The notes under the pieces are model-generated. The model did not search any database. It was not told the DNA's origin and saw only the letters and a list, made by a program, of their open reading frames with translations. A DNA stretch of 50,069 nucleotides from Myxococcaceae bacterium (lineage in GTDB: Bacteria; Myxococcota; Myxococcia; Myxococcales; Myxococcaceae), in assembly GCA_036559665.1 (NCBI GenBank), contig DATBSS010000643.1:1-50069 (forward strand), in the 5' to 3' direction. Shown piece by piece: positions 43,517 to 50,069 of this stretch (the first letter of the stretch is position 1; each line of letters opens with the position of its first letter). The position numbers and the translations under genes were made by a program.

Positions 43517-43831
43517 CTAGCCCTTCCGAGACCCCGCCGCGCCGCCCTGGAGCCTCAGCTCCACGTCGTGCAGCCGCTCCGCCAGCTCCCGCTCCCGGTC
43601 CAGCGCGTGGAGCGCGAGGTGCTCGGCCTCCTGGGCCCGGCGCTCGGCGCGCTGGCGCGCGACCTGCTCCTCCTCCACCTTCTTGCGCAGCCGGGCCGCC
43701 CCCGAGTCGCGCCCCCGGGCGGCCAGGTAGAGCCCGGCCAGGAGCCCGCTCGCTCCTCCCACCGCGAAGGAGCGGAGCGCCGTGCGCCACCGCGGCTCCT
43801 GCTTCCGCTGCGCCCACCCCAGCAATCCCAT
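43517..43831 (-). CDS. Small hypothetical membrane-anchored coiled-coil protein (104 aa)
   Basis: Nearly all third codon positions are G/C. One hydrophobic segment (FAVGGASGLLAGLYLAA) then a Glu/Arg coiled coil. Its Met at 43831 lies 10 nt downstream of the permease stop. Its stop is 1 nt from the convergent stop at 43515. Confidence 0.55.
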   Translation of the reverse strand: MGLLGWAQRKQEPRWRTALRSFAVGGASGLLAGLYLAARGRDSGAARLRKKVEEEQVARQRAERRAQEAEHLALHALDRERELAERLHDVELRLQGGAAGSRKG

Positions 43832-43841
43832 GCCGCCACCT

Positions 43842-45203
43842 CTAACCAGCCCGGCCCCCACTTGCCAACACGCGCCGCCCCGCGACCGTCAGCCCCCACA
43901 CCACCGCCCCCAACAGCAGGATCTTCCCCGAGAACAACCACTGCTCCGCACCGGGCCTTACCGTCCAGAACAGCGCCAGCGACCCCGCCAGCGCCACCCC
44001 GGGGATGAGCGGCCCGAAAGGCAGCACGTACCGCCGGGGCGCTTCTCTCCGGCGCCACCGCAGCACCGGCACCGCCAGCGCCGCCGGGACGTATTGCCCG
44101 AACAACACCACGTTCGACACGTCCACCAGCGACTCGTACCCGAGCCACAGCGCCAGCGCGGAGGAGGCCAGCGCCGACGCTGCGATCGCCGCCACCGGCG
44201 CCCCGCGCCCGTTGCGCCGGGTGAGCGCGAGCGGCAGATACCCGTCCTCCGCCAGCGCGGTGCAGTACCGCGGCGCCACCAGCGCGCTTCCCGCAACGAA
44301 CCCCAGCATGCTCACCAGCGACGCCACCCACAACACGGCGCGCCCCCGCTCCCCCGCCAGCTGGAACGCCACATCCATCAGCGCGTGCTGGCGGGACCCC
44401 AGGTCCGGCAGCACCGACACCGCTACGAGCTGGACCACGCAGTAGAGGGCCATTGACCCCACCAGGCTCCCGAGGATGGCCAGCGGCACCGTCCGCTTCG
44501 CGTCGCGCGCCTCCCCTGCCGGCACCGCCACGAACTCGAACCCCGAGTACATGAACACCGCCAGGAACGCGGACCCCGCCACCGCCCCGCCCCAGGTCCC
44601 GCCCGACGCCGGGGCCTGGAACATCCCGGACACCACGTCCGCGCGCACGTAGGCCAACCCGCCCACCGCCAGCGCCACCAGCGGGACCATCTTGATGATG
44701 GAGAGGGCGTCCGAGGTCCGCGCGCCCGCCTTCACCCCCAGGACGTTCACCGCCGAGAACCCCAGCACCAGCCCCACCGCCACCGCGCTCTTCCCGGCCG
44801 GCCCCAGCGCCGGCACCGCGACACCCAGCGCTTCCGCGAACCCGCGCGCCACCGCCGCGAACGCCAGCACCCCGGTGGTCGTGGACATGCAGCCCACCGC
44901 GAACCCGGCCGTGCGCCCGAACGCCGCCTGCGCGTAGACGTAGGTACCGCCGCTGCGGTCGAACATCCCGCTCAGCTCCGCGAAGCAGAGCGCGATGGCG
45001 AGGCACAGCGCGCCGCAGGCGAACAGGCCCACCACGCTGGCCGCCCCTGCCCGCGCCGCCAGCGGGGCCAACAAGAGATACACGCCGGAGCCGATGATGC
45101 CGTTGACGCCGATGGCCACGCAGTCGAGCAGCGTGAGCCGGCGCTCGGGCGCGGCCGCGGCGCCCGCCCCCGCCCCGCTACTTCCGGCGGCGGGCGAGGT
45201 CAT
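43842..45203 (-). CDS. APC-superfamily amino-acid permease
   Basis: About 12 TM segments with an N-terminal GVNGIIGSGVYLL motif, typical of APC transporters. Confidence 0.88.
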   Translation of the reverse strand: MTSPAAGSSGAGAGAAAAPERRLTLLDCVAIGVNGIIGSGVYLLLAPLAARAGAASVVGLFACGALCLAIALCFAELSGMFDRSGGTYVYAQAAFGRTAGFAVGCMSTTTGVLAFAAVARGFAEALGVAVPALGPAGKSAVAVGLVLGFSAVNVLGVKAGARTSDALSIIKMVPLVALAVGGLAYVRADVVSGMFQAPASGGTWGGAVAGSAFLAVFMYSGFEFVAVPAGEARDAKRTVPLAILGSLVGSMALYCVVQLVAVSVLPDLGSRQHALMDVAFQLAGERGRAVLWVASLVSMLGFVAGSALVAPRYCTALAEDGYLPLALTRRNGRGAPVAAIAASALASSALALWLGYESLVDVSNVVLFGQYVPAALAVPVLRWRRREAPRRYVLPFGPLIPGVALAGSLALFWTVRPGAEQWLFSGKILLLGAVVWGLTVAGRRVLASGGRAG

Positions 45204-45534
45204 CGAGGTACTTCGCGATCGCCAGCTCGGAGGTCAGGTCCACGTCCTTGAACCTCAGGTGGTACCCCTTGCTCTGCGGCTCGTCGCGGATGCGGAGCAG
45301 CTCCCCGGTGACGCGGATGTCCTTGCTCATCCCCGGCAGGTGGAAGCGCACCTCGTACAGGTTCCCGGCCGGCGGGTAGCGCCCGCGGAAGAACGCCCCG
45401 CCCACCGCCAGGTCGCCCTCGTACTCCTCGTAGGACCCGCCTTCCGCCTTGTCGCGGACGAGGAACTTCATGGGGACGCGTGGCGAGTCGCGCCGCTCTG
45501 CGCCGCTCGGCTCGGGCTTCGGGGAATCGGCCAT
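45178..45534 (-). CDS. PilZ-domain protein (putative c-di-GMP receptor)
   Basis: RRxxxR-like ERRDSPRV and D.S..G-like GDLAVGGAF motifs in a ~118-aa beta-barrel-sized protein. The 3' end overlaps the permease start by 26 nt. Confidence 0.75.
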   Translation of the reverse strand: MADSPKPEPSGAERRDSPRVPMKFLVRDKAEGGSYEEYEGDLAVGGAFFRGRYPPAGNLYEVRFHLPGMSKDIRVTGELLRIRDEPQSKGYHLRFKDVDLTSELAIAKYLDDLARRRK

Positions 45535-45556
45535 ACGGACGGCGACTGTAGCCGGC

Positions 45557-46408
45557 CTACTCCCGCGCGGCCACGGGCAGAAACTCCGCCAGGAGGCGGG
45601 AGAAGGACTCCGCCACCCGCCCCGCGACCTCCTTCACCTCCGCGTGCGACAGCGGCTTCTCGCTGATCCCGGCGGCCACGTTGGTGATGCAGCTCACCCC
45701 GGCCACCTTGACCCGCATGTGCCGGGCGGCGATCACCTCCGGCACGGTGCTCATCCCCACCGCGTCCGCGCCCACCGCGCGCAGCATCCGGATCTCCGCC
45801 GGCGTCTCGTAGGACGGGCCGGGCCAGTTGGCGTAGACGCCGCTGCGCAGCTCGATCTTCGCCACCTGGGCGCACGCCCGCAGGCGCGCCAGCAGCACAG
45901 GGTCGTAGGCGGTGCTCATGTCCGGGAACCGCTCGCCCAGCCGGGCGTCGTTGGGCCCCCAGAGCGGATTTCCCCCGGAGAGGTTGATGTGGTCGGTGAT
46001 GGCCATCAGGTCGCCGGGGCGGAAGTCCCGGTTGATGCCCCCGGCGGCGTTGGTCACCACCAGCGCCTTGAGGCCCAGCGCGCACAGCACCCGCGCCGGG
46101 AACGCCACCTGCGCCTGGGTGTAGCCCTCGTAGGCGTGGACGCGGCCCTGCATCGCCACCATGGGCACGCCGCCCAGGGCGCCCAGCACCAGGCGCCCCG
46201 CGTGGCCGTCCACCGACGAGCGCGGGAAGTGCGGCAGGTCCGCGTAGGGGACGGCGGTTGCCCCGGAGAGCCGGTCCGCGAACGACCCCAGCCCGCTCCC
46301 CAGCACCACCCCCACCAGCGGCGAGCCCGCCTCCACCGACGGCGCGCGCGCCCGGATGGCGGCCGCCGTCTCCTGGATCTCCTCGTAGAGCCCCATGCGC
46401 ACGGCCAT
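45557..46408 (-). CDS. punA: Purine nucleoside phosphorylase (trimeric PunA/PNP-I type)
   Basis: VLGSGLG, MQGRVHAYEGY, VTNAAGG, GPSYETPAE and GMSTVPEV motifs. Start at ATG 46408 (or 46396). The upstream part of ORF 45557..46741 is junk. Confidence 0.9.
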   Translation of the reverse strand: MAVRMGLYEEIQETAAAIRARAPSVEAGSPLVGVVLGSGLGSFADRLSGATAVPYADLPHFPRSSVDGHAGRLVLGALGGVPMVAMQGRVHAYEGYTQAQVAFPARVLCALGLKALVVTNAAGGINRDFRPGDLMAITDHINLSGGNPLWGPNDARLGERFPDMSTAYDPVLLARLRACAQVAKIELRSGVYANWPGPSYETPAEIRMLRAVGADAVGMSTVPEVIAARHMRVKVAGVSCITNVAAGISEKPLSHAEVKEVAGRVAESFSRLLAEFLPVAARE

Positions 46409-46435
46409 CTTCCGCTGTAACTTCGGACCCGTCGA

Positions 46436-47170
46436 ATGCGCGCCACCCGAACCACGCTCGGCGGCCTCCAGTGCGGAGTCGCCCAGGCCACCCAGGACCC
46501 GCCCCGGCTCCTCGTCGTCCTCTGCCACGGCTTCGGCGCCACCGGCGAAGACCTGGTCTCGTTCGCCCCGGAGCTGGTCCACCTGAGGCCGGAGCTGGAG
46601 CAGGCGCGCTTCGTCTTCCCGGCGGCGCCGCTGTCGCTGGGGTTCACGGGGATGGGAGAGGGCCGGGCGTGGTGGAACATCGACTTCGGGTCCATGGAGG
46701 CCGCGCTTCGCGAGGGCCCCCCCGGCATCCAGCGGCTCCACGCCCGGACGCCGGAGGGGCTACCCCAGGCGCGGCGGATGCTGCGCGAGGCGCTGGACGT
46801 GGCGTGCCGCCAGGCCAACCTGCCCCTCTCGCGCGCGGTGCTGGGCGGCTTCTCCCAGGGCGCCATGGTGACCACCGACGTCACGCTCCGGCTGGAGGAG
46901 GCCCCGGCCGGGCTGTGCGTCCTCTCCGGGACGCTGATCTGCGAGCCGGAGTGGCGGCGGCTGGCCCCATCCCGCGCCGGCCTGCCGGTGTTCCAGTCGC
47001 ACGGGACGGTCGATCCGCTGCTGCCGTTCCCCTCGGCGGAGACGCTGCGCGACCTGCTCAAGGACGCCGGGCTGGGGGTGGAATTCCACGCCTTCGACGA
47101 CGCGCACACCATCCCGCTCGAGGTGCTGCGGGCGCTGGCGGACTTCCTGGTGAAGCGGCTCCCCGGGTGA
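46436..47170 (+). CDS. Alpha/beta hydrolase, phospholipase/carboxylesterase family
   Basis: LVVLCHGFGATGEDL, nucleophile elbow GFSQGA, and late HGTVDPLLPF and DDAHTI (Asp/His) segments. Confidence 0.85.
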   Translation: MRATRTTLGGLQCGVAQATQDPPRLLVVLCHGFGATGEDLVSFAPELVHLRPELEQARFVFPAAPLSLGFTGMGEGRAWWNIDFGSMEAALREGPPGIQRLHARTPEGLPQARRMLREALDVACRQANLPLSRAVLGGFSQGAMVTTDVTLRLEEAPAGLCVLSGTLICEPEWRRLAPSRAGLPVFQSHGTVDPLLPFPSAETLRDLLKDAGLGVEFHAFDDAHTIPLEVLRALADFLVKRLPG

Positions 47171-47177
47171 CGGCCGC

Positions 47178-48881
47178 CTACGGCACCGACAGGTACCAGG
47201 CGTTCCCCGTCCCCACCGCCCACAGGTCGTTCGGGCCGGTCCCCCCGAGCGCGCGGACGTCGCCCGAGCCGGTGTTCACCCGCACCAGGACCTTCCACTG
47301 CGACCCGTTCCACGCCCAGACGTAGGAGGCGCCAGTGCCGAACCCGGCGACGTACACGTGGGTCTCGTCGAACGCGGTGACGGAGTTGAGGTCCGGCAGC
47401 TCGGCGGAGGGGGACGGGAGCTTGGTCCAGGTCCCGTTGCGGAGCTGGAGCACGGTGCCGTTGTCCCCGCACGCGTAGGCCAGGTCCGCTCGGGGCATCT
47501 TCGCCGAGAAGAGCGCCACGCCGGTGCCGGCCAGGCTCTCCGCGTTCTGTTCGATGAAGCCGTTGCCGTCGGCGTCGATCCACACGTGCGGGTGGAGCAC
47601 CCCGTTGAAGAACCAACCGGCGGCGATCCTCGGGTACGGCGGGATCCCGTCGAGCACGCGCATGTTGTCGTTGCCGCTGCCGGTCTGGAAGAGCGCCACC
47701 GGCACGGCCGGGGGCACCCACTGCGTGAGCCAGGCCGTGGAGGCGACGTAGAACGCCTGCGTGCCGCCGTCCGCCAGCGTGTACCCCCAGGCGCCGTTCA
47801 CCTGGTTGATGCCGCTCACGGTGGTGGACTGGCACGCGTTCTGGCCGGCGTCGTAGACGTAGGCCACCCGGGTGAGCGGCGCGCCCAGGTAGGCCCGGTC
47901 CTGCGCGTCCACCCAGACCGCGCGCCAGTCGTCCCTGCCGCAGATGCCGCTCTTGCTCGACACGCCGCCGTCCGCGCTGAGGATGAACAGGCCGCCGTCC
48001 CGGCCGACCGCCCAGGCACGCCCGGGCTGGGCGGCGTTGACCGCCAGGAGGCCGGCGTCGCCCGGGAGCGCCTCGCGGACGCACGTGCCGCCGAAGTCGT
48101 CGGTGGTCCCGTTGCAGTCGTCGTCCTTGCCGTTGCAGACCTCGAGGGCGCCGGGGTGGATGAAGGAGTCGTCGTCATCGCAGTCGCCGGGCGAGGCGAC
48201 CACCCCCGCGTCCGGGCCGCAGAAGTTCCCCACCAGCGTCCCGCCGGCGTCGTCCCCGTCCCGGTCCTGGTACCAGTTGGCGAGCATCGCGCTGCACCGG
48301 GTGTCGCCCGGCCCGTCGCACACCACCGTCCCCTGGCACGCTCCGGAGGAGCAGGCCTGGCCCACGCCGAAGGGCGCGTCGTCGGCCACGCCGCTGCAGT
48401 CGTCGTCGGCGCCGTCGCACGACGTCTCGCCGGCCGCCTTGGGGTGGATGGCGGCGTTGCCCTCCTGGCAGTCGGTGCCGGGGAGCGTGGCCTGGTCGGA
48501 GATGTAGCCGTCGTCGTCCAGGTCGTTCGCGCTCAGCGCCAGCGTCACCTCCGGCGCGCTGGGGCTCACCGCGACGGTCTCCTCCGCGCGCGCCACCACC
48601 CCGCCGTCGCAGTCGTGCTCCAGCGCCTCCCCCACCAGCGCGACCAGTGGGCCCTGGCCCTGGGGCGCGAACACCGCCACCCGGCGGTCGCCGGAGCGCT
48701 CCGGCTGCTCGAGGGGGAAGGTCGCCGTGCTCGCGCCGGCGGCGCCCTCTGGCGTGGCCTTCAGCACCAGGCAGCCGGGCCGGAAACCACCCCACTGGAG
48801 CACCGCCACGACGCGGGGCTCCCCGTTGCAACCCGCGCAGCTCGCCAGGAGCAGCGCGGCTCCGGACAGCAACCGGCGCAT
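47178..48881 (-). CDS. Lipoprotein with two myxobacterial 'putative metal-binding' Cys/Asp repeats and a C-terminal propeller-like domain
   Basis: Lipobox LLLASCAGC. Repeats DLDDDGYIS...DCQEGNAAIHPKAAGETSCDGADDDCSG and DRDGDDAGG...DCDDDDSFIHPGALEVCNGKDDDCNG. The C-terminal ~280 aa are Gly/Trp/Ala-rich repeats. Confidence 0.8.
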   Translation of the reverse strand: MRRLLSGAALLLASCAGCNGEPRVVAVLQWGGFRPGCLVLKATPEGAAGASTATFPLEQPERSGDRRVAVFAPQGQGPLVALVGEALEHDCDGGVVARAEETVAVSPSAPEVTLALSANDLDDDGYISDQATLPGTDCQEGNAAIHPKAAGETSCDGADDDCSGVADDAPFGVGQACSSGACQGTVVCDGPGDTRCSAMLANWYQDRDGDDAGGTLVGNFCGPDAGVVASPGDCDDDDSFIHPGALEVCNGKDDDCNGTTDDFGGTCVREALPGDAGLLAVNAAQPGRAWAVGRDGGLFILSADGGVSSKSGICGRDDWRAVWVDAQDRAYLGAPLTRVAYVYDAGQNACQSTTVSGINQVNGAWGYTLADGGTQAFYVASTAWLTQWVPPAVPVALFQTGSGNDNMRVLDGIPPYPRIAAGWFFNGVLHPHVWIDADGNGFIEQNAESLAGTGVALFSAKMPRADLAYACGDNGTVLQLRNGTWTKLPSPSAELPDLNSVTAFDETHVYVAGFGTGASYVWAWNGSQWKVLVRVNTGSGDVRALGGTGPNDLWAVGTGNAWYLSVP

Positions 48882-48916
48882 AGGCGGCCAGTCTAGCCTG
48901 CCAGCCAGTCGACCGC

Positions 48917-50069
48917 TCAGCCGGTTAGCCGCTCCACGATGAGGGGGCGCGGGGCGGGCGCCTCCGGGCCGATCTGGTACGCGGCCAGCAGGCGCGCCTT
49001 GACCTCCTCCGCCTTCGCGGAGTCGTTGTAGTGGATGCGGACCAGCGGCTCGCCGGCGGCCACCGCCTCCCCGACCTTCTTGTGGAGCGTGAAGCCGACC
49101 GCGGGGTCGATCTCGCTGTCCACCGTGGCCCGTCCGGCCCCCAGCGCCACCGCCGCCAGGCCCACCGCCTCGCAGTCGATCCGGGTCACGTGGCCGGAAG
49201 CCGGGGCGGGGACGTCCACCGTGGCGGAGGCGGCCGGGAGGCGCGCGTAATCCTCCACCGCTTCCGGGTTGCCGCCCTGGGCGGAGATGATCTGCTTGAG
49301 CTGCTCCACCGCCGCGCCGGACTTGATGACCTCATGCAGCTTGGCGCGGGCCTCGGCCTCGTCCCCGGCTTCCCCGCCCAGCACCAGCATCTCCGCGGTG
49401 AGCGCCAGGGTGATCTCCGTGTAGTCGGCGGGCGCCCGTCCCCGGAGCATCTCCACCGCCTCGATCACCTCCAGCGCGTTGCCCACCGCGCGGCCCAGCG
49501 GCTGGTCCATGTCGGTGATCAGCGCGGTGACCTTCCGGCCCATCTGCGTGCCGATGGAGATCATCGTCCGCGCCAGCAAGCGCGCGTCGCCCAGCGTCTT
49601 CATGAACGCGCCGGAGCCGACCTTCACGTCCAACACCAGCGCGTCGATGCCCTCGGCCAGCTTCTTGGACATGATGGAGCTGGCGATCAGCGGGATGCTC
49701 TCCACGGTGGCGGTGACGTCGCGCAGCGCGTAGAGCTTCTTGTCCGCCGGGGCGAGCTGGTCCGTCTGGCCGATGAGGCAGGCCCCCACCTCGCGCACCA
49801 TCCGCCGGTACTCGTCCACGGAGAGGTCCACCTGGAAGCCGGGGATGGACTGGAGCTTGTCCAGCGTCCCGCCGGTGTGGCCCAGCCCGCGCCCGGAGAT
49901 CATGGGCACCACCACCCCGCAGGCGGCCGCCAGCGGCGCCAGCGAGAGCGACACCTTGTCTCCCACCCCGCCGGTCGAGTGCTTGTCGACCTTGATGCCC
50001 GGCGTGTCCGAGAGGTCCAACACCTCGCCGGACTCGAGCATCGCGCGCGCCCACGCTCCGAGCTCGACC
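48917..50069 (-). CDS. deoA: Thymidine/pyrimidine-nucleoside phosphorylase (5' end outside the window)
   Basis: KHSTGGVGDK, SGRGLGHTGGTLDKL and SIMSKK motifs. The reading frame stays open to the window edge, so the Met at 50041 is internal and the N-terminal ~60 aa are missing. Confidence 0.9.
   Translation of the reverse strand, partial: VELGAWARAMLESGEVLDLSDTPGIKVDKHSTGGVGDKVSLSLAPLAAACGVVVPMISGRGLGHTGGTLDKLQSIPGFQVDLSVDEYRRMVREVGACLIGQTDQLAPADKKLYALRDVTATVESIPLIASSIMSKKLAEGIDALVLDVKVGSGAFMKTLGDARLLARTMISIGTQMGRKVTALITDMDQPLGRAVGNALEVIEAVEMLRGRAPADYTEITLALTAEMLVLGGEAGDEAEARAKLHEVIKSGAAVEQLKQIISAQGGNPEAVEDYARLPAASATVDVPAPASGHVTRIDCEAVGLAAVALGAGRATVDSEIDPAVGFTLHKKVGEAVAAGEPLVRIHYNDSAKAEEVKARLLAAYQIGPEAPAPRPLIVERLTG

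Noticed and set aside
1-50069. CRISPR arrays, rRNA, intact tRNAs, transposases, integrases, prophage genes or obvious toxin-antitoxin pairs
   Set aside because: I found no regularly spaced repeats, no rRNA-like segments, no recombinase motifs and no phage structural genes on reading the intergenic regions and ORF translations. The only mobile-element hint is the degenerate tRNA-like remnant at 70..141.

Overview
Very GC-rich 50-kb chromosomal window, almost certainly from a myxobacterium (Myxococcota). An Anaeromyxobacter-like source is my inference from a MYXO-CTERM sorting tail, PEGA- and TPR-type Ser/Thr kinases, Cys/Asp 'putative metal-binding' repeats and a multihaem cytochrome. I support about 41 protein genes, chosen from the ORF track by protein-like composition, recognisable catalytic motifs, G/C at third codon positions and ATGA/GTGA start-stop coupling. 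Nearly every real gene is shadowed by long Arg/Ala/Gly/Pro-rich ORFs on other frames or strands, and I reject those. I found no rRNA, CRISPR array, transposase or integrase. The only RNA-gene-like element is a degenerate tRNA-Gly(GCC)-like sequence at 70..141 on the minus strand.

Gene content is mostly envelope and signalling:
- two lytic transglycosylases;
- a BNR/sortilin-type double-propeller protein and an arylsulfotransferase;
- a MacB/FtsX-type ABC system;
- two eukaryotic-like kinases;
- one histidine kinase/NarL pair and a CheY-like regulator coupled to a tetrahaem cytochrome;
- PspA;
- scattered nucleoside-salvage genes (cdd, mtaD-like, PNP, thymidine phosphorylase).

The most interesting candidates for an undescribed system are:
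1. A tightly coupled minus-strand module of a receptor Ser/Thr kinase (PEGA ectodomain), a tandem pseudo-AAA/AAA+ ATPase and a secreted FecR-domain protein (20369..25330). It lies directly downstream, on the same strand, of a beta-helix MYXO-CTERM protein, a lipoprotein and a MacB-like ABC module (25407..30883).
2. An orphan single-cysteine protein with a papain/calpain-like QG....C / GH.Y.V motif pair and no signal peptide (42481..43515).
3. A DUF2652-type (class-III-cyclase-like) gene wedged between two nucleoside deaminases.
4. A pspA / membrane-anchored SBP-like / LysR tricistron.

All family assignments rest on motif recognition by eye. No searches or computations were run.
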